A stretch of 64,000 bases of DNA from an uncultured Candidatus Saccharibacteria bacterium (GCA_964496815.1 CAZCAO010000001.1:17803-81802); one strand, 5' to 3'. Numbered from the stretch's first letter, positions 40,415 through 49,432 are shown. Numbers and translations are program-made. Notes: generated by a model not told the origin, from the sequence alone.

Positions 40415-41748
40415 TGGTTATTCGCGATATTATTCGTCGTTCCGGCCGGAGCCTAAAGAGTGCTAAAGCACGCACGCTCCTTACAGCTCTGGCCATCGCA
40501 GTTGGGGCTTTTGCACTAACGCTAACCTTGGCAGCTAGTAACGGGGCTACGCAATACATAAACAAAATTATTTCTGAAAACTTCGACCCAGCTGAATTGT
40601 TGGTGGGTAAAGATGAAGCAATCTTTGGCCGCGGTGATAATTCCAAGCCCAAGGAATACGATGCCAACTATTCAACTGCCTTAAGCCGGGCTGGCGCAAA
40701 TACTCAAATTAAGCAGCTCGACGAGAATGACATTGCGACCATTAAGGCCCTGGATGGCGTCTCGAGAGTGCGCGAAAGCATCACTGCGAATTTACAGTAT
40801 GTAACTCGTCCTGGTCAGAAAAGGTACATCGGCAACGCCCAGGCTTTTAGCCCCTACAGCAAGCCAGAAGTTTTGGCGGGCAAGGTGCCAGACCCACTGA
40901 GTAATAAGCAGATTCTACTTCCCGAGGGCTACCTGTCTGTCCTAGGCTTTAGCGGTGCGGAGGATGCCATTGGCAAGCAAGTTACCCTGGCCGTAGCTAA
41001 ACCAGCTACCTTAGGCAGCGGTCGACCAACGCCGACTGAGGGCAATACGGTGTTAACAGACTTTACCATAGCTGCCGTACTGAAGCGGCCAAGTACGGCG
41101 CAGCCTGGAACGGAGTTGTACATGTATGTCGGGCTTGATGATGCACGCGAGCTGCAAGACATTACTACCTTCGGAACCCCAAATTATCGTAAATATACGT
41201 TTGTATTTACCCAGGTGGCGAATGGGGCTAACGATCCGCAGGCGCTCAAGGTTGTCCAGGATAAACTGAAGTCCAAGGGCTATGTGGCGCAGTCGGTCAA
41301 AGATACTCAGCAAACGCTGACTGGCTTCATTACTGTATTGCAGGGCATTGTGGCGGGTTTTGGTATGATCGCGATTATTGCCTCTGTTTTTGGTGTGATT
41401 AATACGATGTACATTAGCGTGCTGCAACGCACGCGAGAGATAGGGCTGATGAAGGCATTGGGTATGCGCAAACGTGATATTGGTCGTCTGTTTCGCTTCG
41501 AGGCAGCTTGGATTGGCTTTTTAGGAGGAATGATTGGTTCGTTGCTGGCTGTCGCCCTCGGTACGGCGCTTAATCCGTTTATCACTAAAAGCCTGAATCT
41601 GGGATCGGGTAATTATCTGCTCATATTCAAGCCAGTTGAGGTAGTAGAACTGGTCGTAGCGCTTATGTTGGTCTCCATACTGGCTGGCTGGTTGCCGTCG
41701 CGCAAAGCCGCTAAGCTTGATCCAATTGAAGCATTAAGAACGGAATAG
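40414..41748 (+). CDS. ABC transporter permease, FtsX/MacB-like
   Basis: N-terminal TM, large periplasmic domain, C-terminal 3-TM FtsX module. Confidence 0.85.
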   Translation: MVIRDIIRRSGRSLKSAKARTLLTALAIAVGAFALTLTLAASNGATQYINKIISENFDPAELLVGKDEAIFGRGDNSKPKEYDANYSTALSRAGANTQIKQLDENDIATIKALDGVSRVRESITANLQYVTRPGQKRYIGNAQAFSPYSKPEVLAGKVPDPLSNKQILLPEGYLSVLGFSGAEDAIGKQVTLAVAKPATLGSGRPTPTEGNTVLTDFTIAAVLKRPSTAQPGTELYMYVGLDDARELQDITTFGTPNYRKYTFVFTQVANGANDPQALKVVQDKLKSKGYVAQSVKDTQQTLTGFITVLQGIVAGFGMIAIIASVFGVINTMYISVLQRTREIGLMKALGMRKRDIGRLFRFEAAWIGFLGGMIGSLLAVALGTALNPFITKSLNLGSGNYLLIFKPVEVVELVVALMLVSILAGWLPSRKAAKLDPIEALRTE

Positions 41749-41756
41749 GAGGGGTC

Positions 41757-42008
41757 ATGCTGATCGACGTTCGAACACCAGAGGAGTATGCCGAGGCTCA
41801 TTTGGAAGGGGCAGTCAATGTAGAGCTGAGCCCTGATATGGTAGAGCTGATTCCGGCAGAAGCAAGGCAAGAGACTATAAAGCTCTATTGCCGTAGTGGC
41901 GGCAGGGCAGGAACAGCCGCACGATTATTAGCACAGGCAGGCTACCAAGTGAAGAATATTGGCGGGATTGATGATTTAGTGGCTCAGGGATATAGTAAGG
42001 CTAAGTAA
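41757..42008 (+). CDS. Rhodanese-domain sulfurtransferase
   Basis: 'IDVRTPEEYAEAHLEGAVNV', active-site 'YCRSGGRAG'. Confidence 0.8.
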   Translation: MLIDVRTPEEYAEAHLEGAVNVELSPDMVELIPAEARQETIKLYCRSGGRAGTAARLLAQAGYQVKNIGGIDDLVAQGYSKAK

Positions 42009-42023
42009 TTAGGAGAATACCTA

Positions 42024-42202
42024 TGGATGACAAGAAAAAGAAAGACCTCGAAGAGCAAAAGCGCGGTGGCCTGTTCGTACCCGCTGGTGTCTTGCTGGGC
42101 ACCGGCCTGGGCTTTGCTTATGGTAATATCCCGGCGGGAGCACTGATTGGCTTGGGTGTAGGCTTTACTATCTTTGCCCTCATTAGCGTTTTCAAAAAAT
42201 AG
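42024..42202 (+). CDS. Small membrane protein (59 aa)
   Basis: Not in ORF track (<60 aa); AGGAG 7 nt upstream; Gly-zipper TM 'GVLLGTGLGFAYGNIPAGALIGLGVGF'; ends at terminator hairpin. Confidence 0.45.
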
Positions 42203-42216
42203 TGTCTTGGTATAAA

Positions 42217-42263
42217 CGAAGAAGACCCCCGAACGAATCGGGGGTCTTCTTCGTTCAGGGGTC
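42217..42263. terminator. Bidirectional intrinsic terminator, repeat-family copy 1
   Basis: CGAAGAAGACCCCCGA-acgaa-TCGGGGGTCTTCTTCG then TTCAGGGGTC. Confidence 0.7.
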
Positions 42264-42289
42264 AAACATAGTTGCTGTCGGAGTGTATA

Positions 42290-42727
42290 CTACAGTTCCA
42301 GTTCTAGGCCGAACGCGGCCAGCTGGGCCTGTATGAACTCCACGCTACCTGCATCAAGAGAGGTAGTGTTGAGCAGGAAGGTGGCGCGATACTTCATCAG
42401 CTCGCCAACGGTGTTGATACCGGATTGGTTGCGCAAGCAAGCGGCCGTTCGAGTCCTCAGCAGCTGCGGAAACTCGCGTCCCTCATGCTTCAAATCCAGC
42501 AGGTCTTCGATGCTCATCTCGAGAATCTCGCGCATTTTACCGACGAGCTCGGTTGTGACGCGTATTTCCTCGACCTTGATGGTGGCCATCACGTCGAGAC
42601 CGAAGTAGGTGTCTTCTAGTCTCCTGATGGTCTCGAGGGCTTCCAGTATGGCACTGGGGCTCCCTGTGAGGACGAGTTGCACGTGTGCTTTGTGCGGTAC
42701 GACTTCGGTTCCTTCGATGTCGGGCAT
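42290..42727 (-). CDS. Stand-alone RNA polymerase alpha-subunit C-terminal-domain-like protein
   Basis: C-terminal 'LRTRTAACLRNQSGINTVGELMKYRATFLLNTTSLDAGSVEFIQAQLAAFGL' aligns with alphaCTD '[51 protein letters not shown]'; own promoter TTGACT..TATATT. Confidence 0.55.
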   Translation of the reverse strand: MPDIEGTEVVPHKAHVQLVLTGSPSAILEALETIRRLEDTYFGLDVMATIKVEEIRVTTELVGKMREILEMSIEDLLDLKHEGREFPQLLRTRTAACLRNQSGINTVGELMKYRATFLLNTTSLDAGSVEFIQAQLAAFGLELEL

Positions 42728-42830
42728 TGCTAGGGCCTTTTGTTCTCTGCGGGGCTACCGCAGCACATCCACGGTGGATGATTAGCAGATAATATAACAA
42801 AATTAGTAAAAAGTCAATATTCTTATTAAG

Positions 42831-42873
42831 AAAGGACCCCCGAACGAATCGGGGGTCCTTTCGTTCGGGGGTC
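42831..42873 (-). terminator. Intrinsic terminator, repeat-family copy 2
   Basis: AAAGGACCCCCGA-acgaa-TCGGGGGTCCTTT then CGTTCGGGGGTC. Confidence 0.7.
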
Positions 42874-42894
42874 GGATTGTTGGTGGCCGCTTGC

Positions 42895-43272
42895 TCAGCG
42901 GCCGAGGATGACCGTACAGGACGGATTGTCCTGGATCAGCCAGTCGCCGTCGTACTGCACCAGCTTGCCATCGCAGACCTTGCTGGTCTTGGAGCCGTCT
43001 GTCACGGTGTAGCGCACGGCCCTCTTCCAGACCGAGAGCTCGACCACGTGGATCTTGTCGTAGTGCGACTCGACCTCCGTCGTGACACGGGCATCTTCCT
43101 TGGCCCGGCTCTCATCCACGAGGTACATGCCATTGGCGAAGACCACGAAGATGACGGCCAGTACCCCGAAGGCGATGGCTGGCTTCCAGTGTTTCTTGGA
43201 GATCAGCAGGACACCGGTGGCGACTGCGAGCACTCCCGCCATCATCAGTGCGACGATTACTTCTGCGCTCAT
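42895..43272 (-). CDS. Hypothetical two-TM membrane protein with C-terminal soluble domain
   Basis: 125 aa; AAGGAGG RBS; own promoter TTGTAT-18-TAATAT; GC-rich codon usage. Confidence 0.5.
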   Translation of the reverse strand: MSAEVIVALMMAGVLAVATGVLLISKKHWKPAIAFGVLAVIFVVFANGMYLVDESRAKEDARVTTEVESHYDKIHVVELSVWKRAVRYTVTDGSKTSKVCDGKLVQYDGDWLIQDNPSCTVILGR

Positions 43273-43367
43273 GGCGCCTCCTTGTTCGGGGCCTCAGATT
43301 TAAGGCTGAAGGGTATATTAGCATATTATGCAATAAAAGTAAATACATACAAGGTTTTTGTGTAATA

Positions 43368-43413
43368 ACGAAAAGACCCCCGAACGAATCGGGGGACTTT
43401 TCGTTCAGGGGTC
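43368..43413 (-). terminator. Intrinsic terminator, repeat-family copy 3
   Basis: GAAAAGACCCCCGA-acgaa-TCGGGGGACTTTTC then GTTCAGGGGTC. Confidence 0.7.
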
Positions 43414-43426
43414 GGGCTGTGCCGGC

Positions 43427-43846
43427 TCAGCCGGAGGTGATGACCAGCCTGATGTCGGCGAAGGCATTGGTCAGCGCCTGCTCGAACTCGAGGTTCTCGC
43501 CGATTCCGTGGCCGAAGTGCTCTCGAACGTCGACGGCTCGGATCACCTCGGTCTCCTTGAGCACGCTCAGGGCGTGGTCGATGATCTGTGCCTTGAGCTT
43601 CTCCTGCGGATCGCTCCGCTTGGCGTCGATCAGGACCACACGGTTGTGCAGCTGGCTGAGCTTCTCGTGCTTCTCGTGGAGTCGGCCCTCGACGTTGATC
43701 ACTGCATGTTCTGCAAGGATCTGGAAGCGCCCAGAGGTCACGATGGTCTGGATCTGGCCATCGTCACCCGTGAAGCGCAGGCTTCCGTCGGGCATGGTGG
43801 CCAAGAGGCCTACCTGCAGGGCAGGCGTGGTTGCAGTTGCAGCCAT
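43427..43846 (-). CDS. Hypothetical soluble protein (139 aa)
   Basis: AAGGAG RBS 5 nt before ATG; own promoter TTGACT-16-TATAAT; GC-rich. Confidence 0.5.
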   Translation of the reverse strand: MAATATTPALQVGLLATMPDGSLRFTGDDGQIQTIVTSGRFQILAEHAVINVEGRLHEKHEKLSQLHNRVVLIDAKRSDPQEKLKAQIIDHALSVLKETEVIRAVDVREHFGHGIGENLEFEQALTNAFADIRLVITSG

Positions 43847-43970
43847 GTCAGTTCTCCTTGGTCGGTGGATGACTAAATAATTATATACTAAATCGAAAAA
43901 TAGTCAATGTATTGAGTGTTTTATATCAAGCCTACTTTCCGCTATACTGTTGTAAAGAAAAGGAGCCAGT

Positions 43971-45284
43971 ATGGCACGGGTAACACCACGTATCCTCAGC
44001 GGTTTTGTTGAGCTTCTGCCCGAGGATCAGATCCAATTTAATAAGATGTTCGATACAATTCGTAGTGTGTACGAAAGCTATGGCTATGCACCGATTGAGA
44101 CACCGGCAATCGAGTTGGGAGAGGTTTTGCTCGCTAAGGCAGGCGGTGAGACCGAGAAGCAAATCTACAAAATCGCTCGGGACAAAGACGACAAAGAGAT
44201 GGCATTACACTTTGACCTAACTGTGCCCCTGGCGCGCTATGTAGCTCAGCACGAAGGTGAGTTGGTTTTGCCGTTTAGGCGCTATCAAATGCAAAAAGTC
44301 TGGCGTGGCGAACGCAGTCAGGCAGGACGATACAAGGAGTTCTACCAATGCGACATCGACGTCGTTGGCAGTAGCAATGTGCTCTATGACGCTGAAATGC
44401 CTGCTGTTATTTCGAGCGTATTCCGCCAGCTTAATATCGGTAGCTTCACGATTCGAATCAATAATCGAAAGATCTTACAGGGTTACTTGGAAAGCATTGG
44501 TGCACATCACATTTCGGCAGAAGTACTGCGTGTAATTGATAAGCTAGAAAAGATTGGCGAAGCTGCGGTGGTCTCTGAGCTCGTTAAGCTCGGCGTTGAA
44601 GAGCAAGCAACCCAAAAGCTACTGACATTCTTACGTACGGCAGGAACTGTGGACGAGGTGCTTGAGCAGCTTAGGCAAGTAGACACACAAAACACCCGCT
44701 ATCTAGCTGGGTTAGAGGAACTGAGTGGTGTGATTGACGGTATGCGTCGCCTAGGAGTGCCAGCCGAAGACTACGTGATCGATTTAAAGATTGCTAGGGG
44801 GCTAGATTATTACACCGGTACTGTTTACGAAACAAACCTGGATGACTTCCCAGGGGTAGGCAGTGTGTGTTCTGGTGGCCGTTATGACGATTTAGCGAGC
44901 TATTATACCAAGAGCAAACTGCCTGGAGTTGGAGTATCTATTGGCTTAACTCGGCTGTTTATGCAGCTTAAAGAAATTGGCCTGGTGAGTGCTGGAGCTA
45001 AGACCACCAGTCAGGCGGTGATCTTGCCTCTTAACCCCGCCGCAACTGCTCGCGCACTCGAAGTAGCTAGTGAGCTTCGCAATGCTGGTATCACAGTCGA
45101 AGCATACATGGAGCAGTCGCAGCCAAGCAAGATGATGCGCTACGTGGACCGCCTTGGCGCGCCCTATGCTATCGTGATCGGCGAGGATGAGTTGGCGAGT
45201 GGGGAAGTAGTGCTGAAGAATATGACAACGGGCGAACAGCCGGTGGTGAGCATACAGGAAGTGATCAAGCGCCTAAAGGGCTGA
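43971..45284 (+). CDS. hisS: Histidyl-tRNA synthetase
   Basis: Class II motifs, 'FDLTVPLARY', C-terminal anticodon-binding domain; AAGGAG RBS. Confidence 0.9.
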   Translation: MARVTPRILSGFVELLPEDQIQFNKMFDTIRSVYESYGYAPIETPAIELGEVLLAKAGGETEKQIYKIARDKDDKEMALHFDLTVPLARYVAQHEGELVLPFRRYQMQKVWRGERSQAGRYKEFYQCDIDVVGSSNVLYDAEMPAVISSVFRQLNIGSFTIRINNRKILQGYLESIGAHHISAEVLRVIDKLEKIGEAAVVSELVKLGVEEQATQKLLTFLRTAGTVDEVLEQLRQVDTQNTRYLAGLEELSGVIDGMRRLGVPAEDYVIDLKIARGLDYYTGTVYETNLDDFPGVGSVCSGGRYDDLASYYTKSKLPGVGVSIGLTRLFMQLKEIGLVSAGAKTTSQAVILPLNPAATARALEVASELRNAGITVEAYMEQSQPSKMMRYVDRLGAPYAIVIGEDELASGEVVLKNMTTGEQPVVSIQEVIKRLKG

Positions 45285-45398
45285 CAACTAGCCTCGAATC
45301 TGCTATAATATTGAGCGAAAGATACGCGCCACATTGTGTGTCAATGTAGGCGCATTTATTTTGCTCAAATCTAAGATAATTACCCTGAAAGGTACTAC

Positions 45399-47234
45399 AT
45401 GGAAGCTGCCCAAAAAACCGAGAATATTCGTAACATCGCAATTATTGCCCACGTAGATCATGGCAAGACAACCTTGGTCGACGGCTTGCTTAAGCAATCC
45501 AAGACGTTCCGTGAGAACCAAGCCGAAATGGCTCAAGAGCTCATCATGGATAGTGGCGACCAGGAAAAGGAACGTGGCATTACCATTACCGCTAAAGTCA
45601 CTGCTGTGCAGCACGGTGATTACCGTATTAATATTATTGACACCCCGGGGCACGCGGATTTTTCTGGCGAGGTAGAACGTACACTCAATATGGCCGACGG
45701 CTGCTTGCTCATCGTCGATGCTCAAGAAGGCCCAATGCCACAGACGAAGTTCGTGCTTACTAAGGCATTGGCCGGTGGACTCAAGCCAATTGTGGTGATT
45801 AATAAGATTGACAAGCCAGGTAGTAGAATCGCAGAAGTAGAAGAAGAGCTAGCGGATCTGTTCTTGGAGCTTGCTGTACACGAAGACCAGCTTCACTACC
45901 CCGTGTATTATGCAATTGGTCGTGAAGGTAAAGCCTGGAAGGACGCCCCAAGCGATCCGACTGACGCGGGTGATCTAGAGTGTATCTTCGATGCAATTAT
46001 AAGCGACGTGCCCGCTCCAAAAGTCGAGCTTGATGCACCATTCCAGATGCTCGTGACCGCTCTGGCTCACGATACTTATAAGGGCAAATACGCCGTTGGG
46101 CGCATTAACCGCGGCTCAGTTAAGGCTGGTGATACGGTTTCACTCTGTCAAAAAGACGGCAAAATATCTAAAGCCAGAGTCGAGGCTGTGTTTATGAGTC
46201 ATGGCGTGAGTAAATTCGAAGTGCCTGGTGGAATTGCTGGTGACATCGTCCAGCTGACCGGCATTAGCGCTGTGCAGATTGGCGAAACGATCGCTGACGC
46301 CGAAAAGCCAGAAGCCCTGCCCGTACTCGAGGTAGAAGCACCAACCCTGAAAATTTACATTGGCCCCAATACCAGTCCACTCAAGGGCCTAGAGGGTGAG
46401 TTTACTACCAGCCGACAGATTGATGAGCGCTTGCACAAAGAGTTGGAAACGAACATTGGCTTGCGCGTCGAAGACGGTGGGCTTGGATTCTTGGTTTCTG
46501 GTCGTGGCGAGCTTCATTTGAGCGTGTTAATCGAAACGCTACGTCGTGAAGGTTTTGAGCTCGAAGTCGGTCGCCCCCAAGTTGTCACGAAGGAAGAAAA
46601 TGGGCAGACCATGGAGCCGGTTGAAGAATTGATCATCGAAGTGCCGGCCGAACACGTTGGTGCGGTTCAGATGGAGCTTGGGGCGCGTCGCGCAACCCTG
46701 AAGGAACAGTTCGCCAGTCCTAAGGGTGTAACGAAGTTGGTGTATGAATTGCCGACCCGCGTGTTACTTGGTTTGCGCAACATCCTGCTGACCAACACCA
46801 AGGGAACGGTGATTATGAATAGCCTAATGATTGGCTATCAGCCGCTTGGGCCAGCTATGCAGCAGCTTCGTAGTGGTGTGTTGATTGCTTTCGAAGCTGG
46901 CACAACTACTCCGTATGCTCTGCAGACGGTTGAGCAACGAGGTACGTGCTTTGTCGGTCCAGGTGAGAAGGTTTATGCCGGCCAGATTATTGGTCTGAAC
47001 GCGCGTTCTGATGATATGGAAATCAACGTTTGCAAAGAAAAGCATCTAACCAATATGCGTTCTAGTTCGAGTGATGGTGTAGTGCAGCTAACTCCGCCCG
47101 TCATCTTTAGTCTCGAAGAGTGCATCGACTTTATCGAGAACGACGAGCTGCTAGAAGTCACGCCAAAGAGTTTGCGACTTCGTAAGCGCGAGCTTGATCA
47201 CAATATGCGCAAGCGTCAGAACAACAAACGCTAG
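45399..47234 (+). CDS. typA: Translational GTPase TypA/BipA
   Basis: 'IAIIAHVDHGKTTL', 'DTPGHADF', 'NKIDK'; 611 aa. Confidence 0.95.
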   Translation: MEAAQKTENIRNIAIIAHVDHGKTTLVDGLLKQSKTFRENQAEMAQELIMDSGDQEKERGITITAKVTAVQHGDYRINIIDTPGHADFSGEVERTLNMADGCLLIVDAQEGPMPQTKFVLTKALAGGLKPIVVINKIDKPGSRIAEVEEELADLFLELAVHEDQLHYPVYYAIGREGKAWKDAPSDPTDAGDLECIFDAIISDVPAPKVELDAPFQMLVTALAHDTYKGKYAVGRINRGSVKAGDTVSLCQKDGKISKARVEAVFMSHGVSKFEVPGGIAGDIVQLTGISAVQIGETIADAEKPEALPVLEVEAPTLKIYIGPNTSPLKGLEGEFTTSRQIDERLHKELETNIGLRVEDGGLGFLVSGRGELHLSVLIETLRREGFELEVGRPQVVTKEENGQTMEPVEELIIEVPAEHVGAVQMELGARRATLKEQFASPKGVTKLVYELPTRVLLGLRNILLTNTKGTVIMNSLMIGYQPLGPAMQQLRSGVLIAFEAGTTTPYALQTVEQRGTCFVGPGEKVYAGQIIGLNARSDDMEINVCKEKHLTNMRSSSSDGVVQLTPPVIFSLEECIDFIENDELLEVTPKSLRLRKRELDHNMRKRQNNKR

Positions 47235-47277
47235 GACTCATTTATTACTACCGGGCTCGGTCTTGTATAATACTTGT

Positions 47278-47727
47278 ATGAAGAAACCCAAACTGGCAAT
47301 CTGCGCAAGCGCAGCCGTATATGATAGAGCTATACCGTTAAGCGATCAGGTTGCTGAGCTTGGGTTTGAGGTCATCTTGCCAGCTACCGCACAAGCTATG
47401 AAGTCTCGCGGCGCGGCGAATACAGAGGCGGCGGTTGACTGGTCGCAAATAGCCGACAAGTATGAGTACAAGGCGGAACTTATTCGCGGTCATTTTGATG
47501 TAATCACTGATGCAGATGCGGTGTTGGTCATGAATCTCGAGAAAGACGGCAAGCCCGACTACATCGGCGGCAATGTTCTCATGGAAATGACGTTAGCATT
47601 TTATCTCCATAAGCCGATATACGTGTATGGATCTGTGCCCAAGGACTCCCCCCTTATTGATGAGATTCTCGGCATGCAGCCGATCTTCTTGAATAGTAGT
47701 CTCGATAGACTCCAGGACTTGTTATAA
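47278..47727 (+). CDS. Nucleoside 2-deoxyribosyltransferase-like protein
   Basis: 'KLAICASAAVYD', 'GGNVLMEMTLAFYLHKPIYVY'; TATAAT 6 bp before ATG. Confidence 0.45.
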   Translation: MKKPKLAICASAAVYDRAIPLSDQVAELGFEVILPATAQAMKSRGAANTEAAVDWSQIADKYEYKAELIRGHFDVITDADAVLVMNLEKDGKPDYIGGNVLMEMTLAFYLHKPIYVYGSVPKDSPLIDEILGMQPIFLNSSLDRLQDLL

Positions 47728-47734
47728 TACTGCC

Positions 47735-49198
47735 ATGAAAGCGCTAACCCTCATTGCTCAGGCAGAGCATCACTATGCCCCAGAACAGATCGCGCGCCTT
47801 AAGGCCGCTGTGGAGCTTGCAACGCGCGCCCATGCTGGCCAAAAGCGTAAGAGTGGGGAGCCTTATATTACCCACCCGTTGCACGTAGCGTCATTATTGA
47901 TCGATTGGAAGCTTGATATTGATTCGGTTATTGCCGGTGTGTTACACGATACGGTAGAAGACACGACCACAACTATGGAAGATGTGCGAGCGCAGTTTGG
48001 TGACGATGTGGCATTTTTGGTTGATGGTGTTACTAAGGTTGGCAAAGTACGCAGTGGCATGCGTAGCATGGATGAGTATCGACCCGAAACTAGGGAGAAT
48101 CTTAGTAAGCTGCTGATCGCAGTAGGGCAGGACCTGCGCGTCATTATCATTAAACTAGCCGATCGGCTACATAACCTACAGACATTGCGCTATTTGAGCG
48201 AGGAAAAGCAACATAAGATAGCCCGCGAATCTCTCGATGTCTTCGCACCACTAGCAGACAGAATGGGTATGGGGCGGCTGCGCGTACAGATCGAAGAATT
48301 AGCTTTTTCTTACTTGGAGCCCGAGGCTTATAAGGAGCTTCAGTCCACTATCAAAAAACGTGTGCGGCAGGCTCACAAAAATCTCGAGAACGTGCGTTTG
48401 AAAGTTGAGCAGACGTTTCGTTCGGCTGGTTTGCAGGCACGGCTCGAGGGGCGAATCAAAAGCGTGTATTCTTTGCACAAAAAGCTCAAAAAGGTCGGTG
48501 GTGACTTCGATGATATTTACGATCTCATAGCACTCAGGGTGCTCGTAGAGGATGTCGAGGATTGCTACCGAGCACTTGGTCTACTGCATAGTCTCTATCA
48601 ACCCCTGCCGACGCGGATTAAGGACTATATATCGGTGCCTAAGCCCAATGGCTACCAGTCGCTTCACACGACGGTTTTGACACCTGAGGGCCAGGTGGTG
48701 GAGTTTCAGATTCGTACCGAGGAGATGCACACACATGCTGAGCGCGGTTTAGCAGCGAGCTTTCACTATAACGAGCAGAAGCTTGCTAAGAACTACGTGC
48801 GAGGTGAAGCTTCGCGTCTGCCACGCAACATGCAATGGGTTGTGACCTTGCAGGATGCTATTGCTTCACTCGATGGCGACAGCTCGGCATACGAGCGACT
48901 TAAAGTTGATTTATTCGCAGATCGAATCTTTACTTACTCACCCAAAGGTGATATCTATGACCTGCCCGAAGGAGCAACGGCACTCGATTTTGCTTTTGCT
49001 GTACACTCCGATATTGGTTTGCAAGCGCATACTATTAGGGTGAATCATAAAATCGCCTCGTTCGACAAAGAACTCAACAATGGCGATATTGTAGAAGTGG
49101 TTACTCAGAAGCGGGCACACCCGAGTATGGAATGGGTGAACTTTTTACGAACCGATAAGGCGCGCAGCAAGGTGCGGGCCTACCTACACAGTCGGTGA
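47735..49198 (+). CDS. Short RelA/SpoT homologue (HD hydrolase + synthetase + TGS; no C-terminal ACT region)
   Basis: HD 'HPLHVA..HD', synthetase 'YQSLHTTV', TGS 'DRIFTYSPKGDIYDLPEGATALDFAFAVHSDIG'; TATAAT 6 bp before ATG. Confidence 0.85.
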   Translation: MKALTLIAQAEHHYAPEQIARLKAAVELATRAHAGQKRKSGEPYITHPLHVASLLIDWKLDIDSVIAGVLHDTVEDTTTTMEDVRAQFGDDVAFLVDGVTKVGKVRSGMRSMDEYRPETRENLSKLLIAVGQDLRVIIIKLADRLHNLQTLRYLSEEKQHKIARESLDVFAPLADRMGMGRLRVQIEELAFSYLEPEAYKELQSTIKKRVRQAHKNLENVRLKVEQTFRSAGLQARLEGRIKSVYSLHKKLKKVGGDFDDIYDLIALRVLVEDVEDCYRALGLLHSLYQPLPTRIKDYISVPKPNGYQSLHTTVLTPEGQVVEFQIRTEEMHTHAERGLAASFHYNEQKLAKNYVRGEASRLPRNMQWVVTLQDAIASLDGDSSAYERLKVDLFADRIFTYSPKGDIYDLPEGATALDFAFAVHSDIGLQAHTIRVNHKIASFDKELNNGDIVEVVTQKRAHPSMEWVNFLRTDKARSKVRAYLHSR

Positions 49199-49432
49199 TT
49201 ACTTCAATATAGGCTTAGGGCACTGCTTTTCTATAAGGTCACTGCTAGCAGCCGGATTAACTTGTTTCATGCCGTTGACACAGTCTTTATATTTGCTATA
49301 GGTAGCTTTAAAGTTATTTGGCGCCAGAAATACGAGCGTTATAAAGAGTGCTACGACAACGAGAGCAGCCTGTATAATCAAGCAGATGTAAGCAATCGTC
49401 CTGTAGTCATGTTTGGCGTTGATTTTAGACAT
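49199..49432 (-). CDS. Hypothetical small single-TM protein
   Basis: 77 aa, one hydrophobic helix; weak. Confidence 0.3.
   Translation of the reverse strand: MSKINAKHDYRTIAYICLIIQAALVVVALFITLVFLAPNNFKATYSKYKDCVNGMKQVNPAASSDLIEKQCPKPILK

Noticed and set aside
42217-43413. Integron attC-like recombination sites for the repeated hairpins
   Set aside because: The elements fold as canonical intrinsic terminators (GC stem + U-tract in the gene orientation), lack R'/R'' core sites (GTTRRRY), and no integrase is nearby.
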